Below are positions 1 to 14,530 of a stretch of DNA of 64,000 nucleotides, one piece after another. The stretch is taken from NCBI RefSeq assembly GCF_009914755.1, contig NC_060925.1, one strand, 5' to 3'. How positions within the stretch are numbered: the stretch's first letter is position 1; each line of letters starts with the position of its first letter. The stretch comes from the human T2T-CHM13v2.0 reference genome, Homo sapiens. The notes under the pieces are model-generated. The model was given only the letters and a program-made list of their open reading frames with translations. It was not told the origin of the DNA and searched no databases. The position numbers and the translations under genes are program-made.

Positions 1-1757
1 ATAACTGTGGACAGAAGAAGTAGAGGGGTGGAGGAGAAGACGGCCAGAACTTTGTACATGGAATGCAGTGTGAACTAAGGAAAGAGGGCTTATAAAAAGA
101 TGTCTTAATTTTTTTTCCAACTGCCAGATGGAAGCAGTATTTCATCTGCCTTGACAGGACTAGTCTATTTTCAAGATGGCAGAGGTCACAGATGGGCTGA
201 ATGGCATATTTGCAGATAAGAGATTGTAATCAAATCACAGTAAATTTTCCATTACACTCTACTTAGTAACAATGTAAAAAAGTTACACAATGCATATGAA
301 AGAGCCAGTTAACAAGGAGAAACTAGAAAACTGAGGAAATGCTTCCTTTCTGAGGTGTTCAGGGACTTTATATAAATAAGAGGTAGCAAAACAGCAGCTC
401 ATGAGCCAAATTAGGATCTCAACTCACTGACATTGTTTTGTTTTCATTTGATTTTTACTCTGCTAGGTTTTTATTTTTGTTTTGGTTTGGGTTTGGGTTT
501 GGGTTTTTTGATAATTACTTGTCAATATTTTTAAATGAAGATATTTACAAGTTTTTCTTGAAAAGTCCAACCTAGTCCTGCTGGGCCTGAATCCACAGGT
601 TGAAAGTCTTGTGTCTCCAGAAGGCTCCACCATGCCCAGTTCTCTTAGATATTGCTTATACATGTCAGCATTGCTGTGGCGTGTCACCCGCCCAGCTCTC
701 ATGTAGTTCCGTGAGCTTGGACCCACCATTTGTGCCAGCTTTGAGAATATTTGTTTATGCTTACTTGAGTTCCTGAAATGAAAAAGTCATAATTTTATTT
801 CTGAAAACATTTCTTAAAGAGACATTTGAAACAACTTAGTAAATCTAAAGAACAACAAAACAACTAACAGCTTAGGTCTTGCATACCGAATTACAGCCTC
901 TGGCCTGTTTTCATGGCTTCACCATTAATGTTTATGTATCATGGCCAGCCATTCACTTTCAGATGAGTTCTTGCTTACTCTTTTTAACTACACATTATTT
1001 TTGTTTTTCCAAAGTATCACTCTTAAGAATTGCCTTTATAGAATTAGACCTGAAGTTAGTATTGATTTTATAAAATAAAAGTTTGGTATAGAGTAATTTG
1101 TCAATAGAAGGATAGGTGGGAAAATTTGTTAAGTGCGCACTAACAAAGCTTCAACTGTTGAAGAAGAAAATGTATCTCCATAGGCTTATCTCAGGTCAGT
1201 GATTTTTAAGTGAAACTTACAACTTTTTTTTTTTTCTAAAAAGCTATGATTTAATAGACATTTTCTGGGCCAGGGCTTTTGTGGATACCATAAATTTGTG
1301 CTTTGTTTCCGTGTGAATTTTCTTTCCGACATAGATGGTAGCATCAATGTCATTTTTAAAGTAACTTCCAGAAAACGCTTTCTCTTGAAAGGCCTATAAC
1401 AAAAATTACATTCTTGGGACTACTATAGTTACTGGCTGTTTGAGACTTGAACATATATCTAGTCATAAAGGGAAAATTATTACTCCTAGTAGGCATCTAC
1501 TAATTTGTTGTTACAAGTTTGAAAAAATCCAACAGACTTTATCGAAATTCAATCAAACTAATTGCCTCAATATCACAGAAAGGATTCTCGGTCTAATGCA
1601 CCAATGGATAAGCCAATAAAAAATACAGTAGTACTTCCACCTTTGCCAGGTTATGAGAAAAAACTGAGACATTTCCCCAACAGCAAAGGAGCAAATGGCA
1701 GAGTGATATGGAGAATTCATGGTAAATGCTAATTCAGAGGAACAGCCAATATAAATC

Positions 1758-2010
1758 AGCGTTTCCCGAAGTGAATTGTGAGGAAGGAATACCCAAGGAT
1801 ATTAAGAAATGTTATACCCACAATTTTTTTAAACCTGTGATCATGTAAGTTTGGGAAACAGTGACTCAATGAAACCAAACATTTTCCTTTGCTACAGTAC
1901 TTCTGTGAGTTTTTATTACGTTACTATGTGACTATAAATGGTGAATTCCCAGGAAAGATAAGCGGCATAGAGTAATGCTTAAAAGAAGTCCAGTTTTGAT
2001 AGAACATCTT
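1758..2010. mobile_element. hAT-Charlie DNA transposon fossil (MER103C-like)
   Basis: cagcgtttcccgaagtg...taagtttgggaaacagtg pattern. Confidence 0.5.
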
Positions 2011-2044
2011 GTAAGATGAGTACTCTATATAAATGATCTTATTT

Positions 2045-2500
2045 ATTGATTAGGATTAAATTCAGTTGCAGGAGACAGAATACTAAGCTTCAGTAATAGG
2101 GATTTCTCTCTCTTACACGTAAAAAGGTTTAGAAGCAGGCTAAGCTGATATGCCATCTCCATGTAAGGACCCAAAGCTCCTTCTGGTGTTCTACTCTGTC
2201 CACCATAGAATTTGATCCACATTGTTATCATCTAATATGGCTGCTGGAGCTCCACCCATCACATCTGTATTCCAAAAATAAGACGAAAGTGAGGGTGTTG
2301 TGTCACTTTTCTTTTAAAGGAGACTTTCCAGAAGTAGATTCAACACTTCCTTTTATTTCTCATTCCTGACTGCCAGAAAGATAGGAAATGCTACCTTTCC
2401 ACTACGTGGTTACGTGCACAGCTGAAAATAGAGGATCTGTTTATTTCAGAGAGAAAGGGAGAATGGATATTTTATAGGCCATAAGAATCTATGCCATATC
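2045..2500 (-). mobile_element. Old MaLR LTR (MLT1K/L-like)
   Basis: atatggctgctggagctccacccatcacatctgtattcca and gagaatggatatt motifs. Confidence 0.6.
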
Positions 2501-2712
2501 TTAGAAATCACTAAAATAGATCTTCAAAATAATACATAAACATTTATATTTGATGTCGATACATTTAATTATTATTTACAATGGCCTTAGTTTGTTTTTT
2601 TCTAGTATTAATTTCTTAAAGCCATAATTTAAAAAAGGCGGAAGGGATAGGATGTAAGGTTGAACCACATGGGAAAAATAAGTCAGGGAAAAATAAGTCA
2701 AGGAAAAATAAC

Positions 2713-3125
<413 letters not shown>

Positions 3126-3669
3126 TCATGGTAGCAAGAAGCTGATCCATTGAAGTATGTGAGACAAAACCACCATTTAACACAGTATTCATCTCCATAT
3201 TAAAAATACCCTTTTAAGGCTTTCATGCATACATTTGCCTAATTATAATAGATATATCCATTCATCCATGGCTAAGGAGACATTGTCCAAATTCAGAGAA
3301 TTTTCATACCATTCAATAATAAAATTAGCTCTGACTCAGCTAAGGAGAAAATCACTACCCAAATGCTTTACAAAATGAGAGGGAGGAGTTGTGAGAAAAT
3401 TTTTATGCCATTCAAAATTATTCTGGAAATGTGTTGACCTCAAAATTATCTCCTATTTGGCTCAGTCTTTTGTTCTGATAGGTTCTAACCCACAACAAAT
3501 TACAATATACTTTACTTATTGATACTTTCCAAACATCCAGTTAGGAAAACTGCAGTTGATTTTATATGATTTTAATGATCCCCAAAAATTTTTAGAAAAC
3601 TGTTACAATTCACCGACTGCTTAGTATTGTGAAGTGATCTATATATGTTGTATATATATATACATTTAT

Positions 3670-3800
3670 ATCACTTTATCCTCATATTTTATCCCCATTT
3701 TTCAAATGGAAATTGAGGCACAGACAGGTTAAATAACTTGCTTGATGTTCACACCTAGGAAGCAGCAGGTACATGCTTTTCTTAGTTTCTGCATCCCTAT
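3670..3800 (-). mobile_element. MIR
   Basis: atccccatttttcaaatggaaattgaggcacagacaggttaaataacttgc core. Confidence 0.75.
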
Positions 3801-4754
3801 GGTGTATTTCTCTAATATGAAAAGAGACTGTTCATTTATTCAGAAGTCTTTATACCTATTTGAACTCATTTCTGGAAGAGACTTTCAATATTATCTGTTC
3901 ATGTATGACAAAACACAGGATGTCATATTTATTATCAAGAATAGATAAAATGCAACTTGACTCATTAAACTAACTATGGTATAAACGTGTCATGGTGTTT
4001 CCACAGCACATACATGAATACAGTTTTGAACATTCTTGGTCCTATAGGATTAAAAAATAATTTGATCATCTACAAATAATTCCAGCAAACTATAGCTACA
4101 GTATAGAGTTTAAATAGATATTACTGAATTTCACCTTGCAATCTTTGAGTGTTAGTCCTTATGGATTTTTAACAATTTATGGAACTTTCAACAATTTTAA
4201 GAAAAGAGATTGAATGCTAGTTTCAGCTGATTATATAAAAAAGTGATGATGGATAAATGGTCTTTTAAAAATCAACATCTGTTCCCTATGTATACTCTAG
4301 TTATATTTGCTTAGTTTACAATTCAGGCAAAATCTGGGCTGTTTTTAGCAAAGCCAACACATCAATGGAGGAAGACACTGAATACCATTCTGATTTTGCA
4401 TATTTACTTCACTGTCCCAGTAGTCTCTATTACTGGTGATGATTCAAGTATCATTGTAGCACTGAGATAAGACCAACAGCCACATTCTTTCATCTACAGA
4501 CGTTTCCCATTATAGGTGCAGCACACGCCTGGACTTGAGTCCTAAAACAAACTTCAAATACTGTCTGCATATAAAGGTTGTTGACTTCATCTCTTTGAAT
4601 ACTAGAAACATTGTCAGGAGACACAAGACAATAACATTCAGATGATACATAAAATATAATAAAAATATAACATTTGTATCAAAAGACACAAACGTGTTTT
4701 GCTGCAAAAGACAAAAAGAACCTATCAAATATTTTGACACTTTTCTCATAGTCT

Positions 4755-4985
4755 AAGCTAGTAGCAAAAGGTACAAGTTTTTGAAGCAGGGTGATCTTGA
4801 TTTGACCATAGACGCTCCTTTGCTAGCTGTGTGACGTTAGGCAAATTGCTTCACCTCTTATTCCCTCAGTTTCCGGGCCTTTAAAATGAGATAATAATGG
4901 TACCTGCCTCATAAGGTATTTGCAAAAATTAAGACAGAATGCTTTTAGCAAGTGCCTAATAAGTGTTAACTATTTAACTAGTTAA
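4755..4985 (+). mobile_element. MIR
   Basis: ctagctgtgtgacgttaggcaaattgcttcacctct...cctcagtttcc...aaaatgagataataat. Confidence 0.8.
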
Positions 4986-5146
4986 CTGTAAATGTGAACT
5001 ATTCTTGTTACTATTAGTAACAGATAAAACGGGTATCCTCACCTGGCAAACCCAGGTTGTCTTATTGAAAGGTATCTGCTCCCTTTGTTATACATGGAAC
5101 ATCCTTTTAATATAAATATGTTTAAATTCCTGGGAAAATAAATATA

Positions 5147-5642
5147 CAGCTGACCCTTGAGCAACATAAGGATTAGGAGCACTGATCCTCTTCACAGTCA
5201 AAAATCTGCATATAACTGCCAGTAGTTTACTGTTGACAGGAAGCCTACCAGTAACATAAACAATGGATTGACACATATTTTGTTTGTTATATTAACACAT
5301 ATTTTGTTATATGTATTATATACTGTATTCTTACAACAAAGTAAGCTAGAAAAAATAAAATGTTATTAAGAAAACCATTAAGAAGAGAAAATATGTTTAC
5401 TATTTATTAAGTGGAAGTGAATTATCATAAAGATCTTCATCCTCATTGTTTTCACACTGAGTGGCTGAAGAGGAGAAGGAAGAGAGGTGGGGCTGATCCT
5501 GCTGTCTCAGGGATAACAGAGGTGTCTGTGGAGGAGGTGGAAGTGGAGGCAGGAGAGGCAGGCACACTCGGTGTAATTTTCATTGAAAGAAATCTACATA
5601 TAGACCCAGGCAGTCAAACCCGTGTCATTCAAAGGTCAACTG
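5147..5642. mobile_element. Tigger2a/2b-type TcMar DNA transposon
   Basis: TIRs CAGCTGACCCTTGA...TCAAAGGTCAACTG flanked by TA on both sides. Confidence 0.85.
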
Positions 5643-5712
5643 TATGCTCTTTTCAAAAATGTCATCTCATTTGTTAAGAAATCTGTTATCACCAGTCATC
5701 TATGAAGAGTAG

Positions 5713-6077
5713 TGATATAATCTGGCTCTGTCTCCCCACCCAAATCTCGTCTTGAATCGTAATCCCCACGTGTTTCGGGAGGGACCTCCTGGGAGGTAGT
5801 TAGATCATGGGAGTGGGTCCCCTCATGCTGTTCTCATGACAGTGAGTGAGTTCTCGTGTGATCTGATGGTTTTATAAGGGGATCATCCCCCTTTTGCTTG
5901 GCACTTCTCCTTGCTGCTGCCATGTGAAGAAGGACGTGTTTTCTTCTTCCGCCATGACTGTAAGTTTCCTGAGGCCTTCCCAGCCATACAGAACTGTGAA
6001 TCAATTAAACCTCTTTCCTTTATAAGTTACCCAGTCTTGGGTATGTCTTTATTCACAGCATGAGGAAAACTAATACA
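5713..6077 (+). mobile_element. THE1C-like MaLR solo LTR
   Basis: TG...CA termini, perfect 5-bp TSD AGTAG (5708-5712, 6078-6082), THE1 internal motifs. Confidence 0.92.
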
Positions 6078-7007
6078 AGTAGGTTTCCAATTATGGGATA
6101 TCAGACATCCCTGACACAGGTACCATTTTTATATCTGCTGTGAACCCCAAGATTCAGGCCCAAAGGACAGTGAAGCTACAGAAAAAATGAGAAAATCAGA
6201 GCTAACCTAGCTTAGGAAAAATAATACTGATGAGGAAAACTCACTTTGACTACTTTCCAGTGAGGCAGAGAAAATGAGTTGCAAAAATGAAAAATTATGC
6301 TTCATTTTGAAGTCAGGGTAATGTAGCAGATTTAATCATTGGTCTCAGAAATTAAAGAAAATCTGAAGAAAGCAATCTGGTGTTTTTTAAATTCTTCATT
6401 AAAAAACAATTAGTTATTTGAACTAGAATTTCCATCACTCTGAAAGATCCTAAAAGTTATAAGAAAAGATAATTTCTTTTTATTCAGGGAGAACCATGTG
6501 TCTTTGCTATGTTATTGCAAATATAAGTAAAGCATTTTATTTTATCTTCCAATATTATTTGGCAGGAGCAGGCAAAACCCTAAAAAGAGGGACTTCAGCC
6601 CAGTGTTTATCACCCTCACTTTGAGAAGAAGCTGTTGCATATAATGCAATTGTCTGACAAATGAAATTGAGGTCTTTAAGGATCCCAAATTTGACCACAT
6701 TTGATTAAAAATCTTCCTGAAATGTATTAAACACCCACAGCCCTTTTCAAATGGGAAATAAATAGCAACATCTGACACCTTCTTGGGGACCCAGAATCAT
6801 TGTAATATACTTATGGAAGCAGCATGTGCTGTTCTCAGCAGTGGCCTAGAACTTAGTTTATAGAAAGTGTTGCAGCCATCTGCTTGCCTATTTGACTATT
6901 TGCTTCTTTTCCATAAAGCTAGCATTAAAAAGGTATAGTTTTCTTACCTTTAGAGATGACACTTTATAAAAAAGCAGTTTCTAAATGAAAGGCTTTCCTA
7001 TCATCTC

Positions 7008-7162
7008 GTAGACCTGGGCTTCTCAAAGCTGCCAGCATCATCGCCCAGGAGCTTATTAGAGGTGAAGACTCTCAAGTCCCAACCCTGGCCCACTGAGTCA
7101 GTCTGTTATTTTAACAAAATTCCTGGGTGATTTGTGGGCATCGTGATGTTTGAGAAGTGCTG
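7008..7162. mobile_element. MER5A (hAT-Charlie)
   Basis: cttctcaaag...ttttaacaaaattcctgggtgatt...tttgagaagtgctg. Confidence 0.7.
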
Positions 7163-9420
7163 ATCATCTTCTTCATTATCATCCTTACTGTCCTTTAACT
7201 TATCAGCAGAAACATGAGACAGCAGGTCCAATTCAACTCCAATAAACTCTCTTCTATTTGTATTTACACTGAATTTGTTGAAGGGGTGTAAAGGTAATGT
7301 TTCCCTGGTCAATTCCAGAAATCCTGGAAAATATTTTGGGAAAGGATTTAAAAGAAAAATGAAAAATCTATGTTTGTTTCATAAGGTAGAAAAAGAAACA
7401 GTCTGACAAATTTGAAAAAGCAGTGTATTAGGCACTGCCTGTAACTACAATGTGAGCTTGGTCTAGTCATTGTAACTTTAAGCTGTGTGCCCCTCTGGAA
7501 ACCTTTAAAGTTCCTTTCAATATAATGGTCATGATGACGATGACATGCTTGTGCATGTGTAATAATCAGGCATTTTATCCAAGTCCTCATTTATATTCTT
7601 TGAACCAAATTTCAGATACAAGCAATACAATGCCCTCCCAGAGAGGGGGATTTTCATTTGTAACAAAGACTATAAAGTCATAGTAGCCAAGACTAGAATT
7701 CGGGGCTCTTGACTCAATGTTCAGACCCATAATGCTAATAAATTCTTCAGGAAATAATGTGTGAGTGAAAAATGTGCTCATACAGTCTTGGATTATGAAC
7801 AGCCAACCTAAATCTTTCCAGTTGCCCATATTTTAACGATAGTCTTCAGACACCCTAGAATTATTCAGCACATAGTGCTGACGTAGTTCATGGCACATGG
7901 CACATAGGTCATGACAAAATATTTTCATGAGATTAATTTTAAATGAAAGAAGTTTACACTTAATAGTATTATTATGGGAAATTCATCTGTCATTGTGAAC
8001 ATTCTAATTTATGTATTGACAGGTGTTACATGGTAACTTTTGTTTACGTCTTTGTTTTCTCTAAATCTCTCTTATAAAAAGTTAATACATTCTGTCATGA
8101 AAGTTTGGACTATTATACTTGGCGTTTGTTTTTCTGTGTTCAAATGAATTTATTTTACCCTTATGGGTTTTTTCTTTCTATTCCTTAAGGTTTTCATCGT
8201 TGTTCTTTTTCAACTTTTTAAATTTAATGATGTTTATTTTCTTTCTTTCTCTTAGTAGAGGGAAACTATCACTAAAAATTAACCTCTCAATAAAGTGTTG
8301 GTCTTATCCTATGAGATTTTATTTATAAATATATATTTTATTTCAGTATTCTCCCCATGACCAAATGAATATTTGGAGAAGTAGTTTTTAAATATGTGAA
8401 GAGTTAGAATTTCGAGTTTTATTAGAGTAAACTTAATGTCAAATTCTGTTGTAAATGTATTTTTTAAAATCTGAACTCTGCCCAATTTTGTAAAGTAAAT
8501 CCAACATCTTGAAATAGTCTTGTTTTTTTCTTTTCTTTTTTTCAATGCCAACAGTTGTCAGTGATTTGGAAAATGCAATTTCTAGCCAAGCATAGTACCA
8601 GTTTTTTTGTTGCTAAATGAAAATATTATTTTTTCTTATACATTTAATAAAACTCTCTAAGTTCCAATATTATAAGACATTGCCTTTTTAAGTAGAATTT
8701 AACTGTTTTTGAATTTAAAAGAAGAAAAAAATAAATACTCTTTTACCTCTTCTGTTTATTTGTACAAAAAAATTAATCAGTTAGTGTATTCTGTTGTATA
8801 GATGACAAACTGTATCTTCAGGAAGCATGCCTGATTCACCTGTGTGTTCCTCTTCCTCTCCTCTATGCAAAAATTCAGCACAAAATCAATATTTCTCAAA
8901 TTAGATTAAGTTAAAAGGAGAAGGGATAATGGAAGAAATTCCATCTTGCCTCTAAGCCATAAAAAATAATTTTTGAACCAATCTTATTTACCTTTGTTTC
9001 TATCCTTTTCGTAGTATAAAATCCTAGAACTAAATCTCAAAAGAAAGATTTGAAAAAACAAGAAGGAAGAGGATGCTATGTAATTTACTTAAAGCTTAGA
9101 TGTTGTCCCACATTGGTGGAGAAGTTAGGAATTGCTCTGTGTTTTCATTTTAAAGATTTTACCTACATCATAGCTTTTATGGAGGATACATGTGATATTC
9201 TATTTAAGATATGAGTCACAGTATAAAATCTTAAAAAATACCTATTTCAGTAAATTCATTGTTCTTTAGAATTTTGAAACTTAAAATAAAATGTAGGCTG
9301 CCATAGGCAATATAAACGAAGAGACCATCAAGGATTACATCAGAAACAATGATCATGCTTGGAATATGATTTTATTCTTTAGTCCCTCTGAAAATGGATG
9401 CTTCCAGATTTACTTGTAAT

Positions 9421-9570
9421 ATTCATTTATCCATTTAGTCATTCATTCATAAAATACCTATTGAGCTCCTTTGTGCCAGAGACTATTCTGTCCACTGGTG
9501 ATGTACAGTGAACAACAAAAACAACAACAACAAAAAACAATCCTTCTGAGTCTTATTCATGGTCTTCTTG
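9421..9570 (-). mobile_element. L2 3' end
   Basis: attcattcat...tattgagctcctttgtgccag pattern. Confidence 0.6.
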
Positions 9571-10829
9571 CCAAAGAAATGACTAGGAACAAGAAAACAC
9601 AGCATCCTAAGTGTTTTTCTCCTGAAACTACAAGTGAGAAAAGAGTATATAAAAGGAAGAAGAAATACTAATCACTAGCATTGGTATGATAAACAAATAA
9701 TAAATGCTACCCAGAAAACAGAGCCTGTGAAGAGGATAAAGAGTTCTAAATGTCTTGTCTTTCATGCCTACAAAATCACATCCAGCATGAAACATGGGCT
9801 GTCTGTCACTATTATTTCCAGAGAAGAAATACACTTACAAAAGTTTTACCAATCTGTTCATTCTAAATTGCTATGGCTATTAGGAATTTCAGAAATATCT
9901 TCCTATGTGAAAATATGGAAAATGTACTTTCAGAGCTAGCATGTTTCCATCATTCTTTTAAAGCTTAATACTGAAAAAATTCAAAAGAATTCAGATAAGT
10001 GGAAGGCATTTTAAAGTTAATTGCTTCGTTTTAAAAATTGCATTGCTCAGACTCAAGAGTAAAAGCCATTTCCTAGTTTTTGTCATGTCTTTCTTTCACT
10101 GTGTATCAGATGTCACTTCATTCATAAAGTTTGCAGTGATGTAACAGCCTTATTATGCAGTTGTTTCTGGCAATGCCCTTCACTCTTGACTTTGCAAATT
10201 GAAATAGGTTTTATTGATCTACATGCATTAAGTGTTTCCGACACTCTTTACCATATTCCACCTTGCTAGCCGTTACTTAATAATGCTGACTTCAACAGAA
10301 ATGATGAGTGTCCCTGTAATAAATCATGGCCTTCCAACAATGGCTTTGTAATGGTCAGGATAATCACAAAGTCATCATGCATTCCCAAAAGCATTTCTTA
10401 GCTTTTGAGCAAAAAATTATAGAGAGGGTTTCAGGTTTCTAGTTGACTCTTTTTGAGAAATGGCTTCATTGTGAAATCCATTCAGAATTTACCTAACTCA
10501 GTGTTGACACATATTTTCATTTAAACTTTAGATGAATTGCAATTTCCAAATCCACTTTCTCTCAATTAGACAAGAATTTCCTTTGCTATGTATAGACAAG
10601 GCAAACTACAACTGAGATGAATGCATTTTAATCTGATACATAAATATGTCATTTGAACCTAGTCAGCATTAGGGGATTTTACTAACAGACTTTTTTTTTC
10701 ACTCACACACACAAACACACACACACATACCCAGAATGTATTGACAGGTCAGAGTCTGCTTATAGATTGATCAGTGGGTAAAATAAGGGAACAACATTTT
10801 TATTGCTCTTTTTACATTATGACTAGCAT

Positions 10830-11070
10830 TTTTCCTCAACATTGATTATAAGCATTTTCATACATAATGAAAAGTTGGAAGAATGTTACAATCAACATCT
10901 ATAAACCCACCTTTTAGAGTCAATAATTTACATTGTGATAATCTTATAATACCACATATCTGTCCCTCTGTCCATCTAAAAATCCATCATATTTATTTGA
11001 TGCATTTCAAACTTGGTTGTAGACATCTATATGCTTTCACCTAAATACTTTAGCAGGCATATCAATGTAA
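10830..11070 (-). mobile_element. Old L1 (L1MC/ME) 3' fragment
   Basis: gaaaagttggaagaatg...gatgcatttcaaac...cctaaatactttagc motifs. Confidence 0.5.
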
Positions 11071-11367
11071 CAAATTTTTATGTTTTTGTGTTTCTTAGCA
11101 GTTTCTCAGGAGGGATCGTTCCAGGTGATCTTAAATTTTGTAAGCTATTTAAAATTCTGGTCTAGTTGTACTTGTCCCTGCAAAAATCTAATATTCTCCA
11201 TTACCTCTTTGGCTTCATCCACTGCTTCCTTGAGCCTGGTGCTAACTGTCCTATCTCTATGTTCACATCTCTATCCCTTTCCCTCCACCACACCAACTTA
11301 TTTGTACAACCATGAATCAGTAAGAGTTCTCGAACCCAACTCGCTCATAGCTGTGTAGTATAGAAGG

Positions 11368-11766
11368 TGATAAGGTTTGGCTTTGTGTCCCCACCCAAAT
11401 CTCATGTTGAATTGTGATCCTGAGTGTTGGAGGTGGGGCCTAGTGGGAGGTGATTGGATCACGGGGGTGGTTTCTAATGGTTTAGCGCCATCCCCCTAGT
11501 GCTGTCTCATGAGTGAGTTCTCACGAAATCTGATTGTTTAAAAGTGGGTAGCACTTCCCTTTTCATGCTCTCTCTCTCTCCTGCTGGCCATGTGAATATG
11601 TGTTTGCTTCCCTTTCGTCTTTCTCCATGATTTTAAGTTTCCTGAGGCCTTTCCAACCATGCTTCCCGTGCAGCCTGCAGAATTGTGAACCAATTAAACC
11701 TCTTTTCTCTATAAATTACCCAGTCTTGGGTAGTTCTTTATTACAATGTGAGAATGGACTAATACA
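11368..11766 (+). mobile_element. MSTA-like MaLR solo LTR
   Basis: TG...CA termini, TSD GAAGG/GATGG, MST motifs. Confidence 0.9.
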
Positions 11767-13524
11767 GATGGTATGAGATCGCTACCAGGAAGACAATTAA
11801 AAGCCATGGACGATTACAGACCATGAAAGGGAGGGTGAGTTGAGAAAGTGCCCAGCACAATGTCTGACACGTAAATGATTCTTGATAAACATTTATGGCA
11901 TGAAGGAGGTAAACAGAGAGAAGAGGAGGGAGGAAATGGAAAGGAGTTAGAGAGGGGCATCACTAGCTAGGATAGTGCATGAAGGCTTCTTAGAAGAGCT
12001 AACATTTACTTGAGTGGGATTTTGCAAAGAAGGTAGGTAAAACTCATCTCAACAGAAAATTGTAAGCAAGCCCTCAAATGAACAATATTCTCTGTAGCAC
12101 ATTAATAGTAATTAATCACCTGCTAAATTAAAAGAAGAGATGGCCAGTGAATACTTGTATTCTTTGAGCAGAAACTTGACTGGAGAAAGCTTCCTGAAAA
12201 CAAGCAGCATTCAAGAGTCTCTTTAAAACTTGAATGATTGCTTAGGAGGCTGTTTGATGGCCTTGAAACTGAGATAAAAACCAGGAGGGTAGAAATGAGT
12301 GAGTGGCAACTTTTAGGTATACAGAAAGTTGCTAAAGCAAAAAACATAGACACATAACTTTCAGCCACCGATCTCAATATTTATAAGGGAAATGATAATG
12401 TCTCAACACATGCCCCATAGGGAAAGAGCCAGAATAGAAATATTTTTGACACTTCCATTTGGAACCAGAATCTCTCATATTTACTATCTAAAACTAAGGA
12501 GCCTTTCCCAAGTTAGTTTATTATGATACTACCACGAATAAGTTAAATATTAATCTGTTCCCTAAAGATAAGTTTTATTGCTTTGAAGGATGAAAAAAAT
12601 ATGAAATAATCACTTTGTGTGAGGTGTGTCTGTGTTTGTGTGTGTGTGAAGTAAAAATCAAGTTAGGAATAAAACATCTTTTTAAAGTTTATCTTATAAT
12701 TCCAAACGAATCCCTGGAAACTGAACTACTGTGTGCCATTTGTTTTTGTTGAAATGGTTGTTAAATTATTCTGATTATTTAGCGATGCCAGAGGCTCTCT
12801 TAGAGTAATTTGATATATCACTCGGTGTCTTTGTTTCACCTCAGCTAGGTCCAGAAAGAGACCTGGAAGGGAGGTGGATAATCATAATAAATGAAAGCCA
12901 GCCTTTCTAGTTTAGTTATGCACAAAGGTTAAAATAATTTGTTAGCCAACAAAGTGTTTGTGCAATTACCATAGGTCTTTAATCATGTTTTGCCACTATT
13001 GCCACCTGTCTGAAATCTTAGACATCTTATGTTCTGTTATAACATTATTTGAAGTTGCCCCGAACATTATCTTATGTGATCCCTCAGAAAAAGGGGGAAT
13101 TAATTGACATATATTATTGATATATATTATTAATTAAAATAGTTCATACTTTAATAACATGGCTATAAATGTGTATGTGGTTCCTACTGTGTCTCATCAT
13201 AATTCTCATTGGTTACCAAAGAGCAAGATGACTTCACTTAATTCACTTAATGATGCACTAATTAGAAAGGAAGAACACTTCAACAATTAAATCCATTGAC
13301 CAGTTTTCAATAGCTCTCCCACGCTGGCATCCTTGCTGCGATTTCACAATATTGCAGAACCAAGTGACATTGTTCTTTAATCATACACATGAATGCATTC
13401 ACTCTAAGTATATGTTGAGTCATCCCTTTCCTTCTCCACCCTTCCCCCTTTAGAGCTCGGTTTTAGCTTTTATTGTCACTTGAATCAAATCAAAGAACAG
13501 CAGAAAAGAATAACATGAGGAATG

Positions 13525-13700
13525 TAAGTATCGTAGTTGGAGTCTGACTACCTGAAATCAGACTATCTAGATTCCTGTTTTGGTTTTTCCTCTAACTACC
13601 TGTGAAACCTGAAGCAAGTGTCTTAACCTTTATGTGCCATAGTATTTTCATTTGGAAAAAAAAAAAAAAAAAGAGAATAATTGTACTTGCCTCTTACAAT
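13525..13700 (+). mobile_element. MIR with internal poly(A) run
   Basis: ctacctgtgaaacctgaagcaagtgtcttaacctttatgtgcc core. Confidence 0.6.
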
Positions 13701-13724
13701 TTGGGTTTTTTGCGTTTGTTTGGT

Positions 13725-14530
13725 TTTTTAAGGTAGAATTTATATAACGTAAAATTAGTCACGAATCATTTTAAAGTGTACACAATTCAGTGGCATTTAA
13801 TTCATTCAGTGTTGGTACCTGTCATCTCTTTCTAGTTTCACAGCATTCTCATCACCCTAGAGGAAGCCCTGCATCCATTAAGCAGTGACTCCCCATTTGT
13901 TCCTAGAGCCCCTCCCCCAGCAGCTACCAGTCTGTTTTCTGTGTCTATGGATTTGCATATAGTGGATATTTTATATAAATAGAATTGTATAGTATGTGAC
14001 CATTGGTGTCTAGCTTCTTTTGCTTAGCAGAACGTTTTTGAGATCCATCCACCTTGTACCACGTGTTCCATTTTATGGCTGCCTAATCATCCATTGGATG
14101 CAAATACCACATTTTTATCCATTCATCAGTTGATGGAAATTTGAGTTGCTTCCACCTTTTGGCCATTATAAATAAGGCTGCTATGAACATTTATGTACAA
14201 GTTTCAGGTAGACATATGTTTTCATTTCTTCTGGGCATATACCTAGTAATGGAATTACTGGGTCATGTGGTAATTCTACGTTTAACCATTAAAATAATTT
14301 ATGGACTGTTTTCTAAGATGGCTGTAACATTTTACATTCTCCCAGCGGTGTATGAGAGTTTGTTTTTTCACATCCTCACTAATACTTGTTATGTTCTTTT
14401 TTGTTTGTTTCTATTTGGTTTTTATTTTGGCCAACCTGTTGGCCATAAAGTGGTATCTCACTGTGGTTTTTGACTTCCATTTTCCTAATAACAAATGAAG
14501 TTGAGCATCTTTTTATGGATTTGTTGGCCT
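13725..14530 (-). mobile_element. L1MB-type LINE-1 3' end
   Basis: ttaaagtgtacacaattcagtggcattt...ccattcatcagttgatgga...gtggtatctcactgtggtttt. Confidence 0.85.

Noticed and set aside
478-510. (TTTGGG)3 telomere-like run
   Set aside because: Only three units, not TTAGGG, embedded in a T-rich tract
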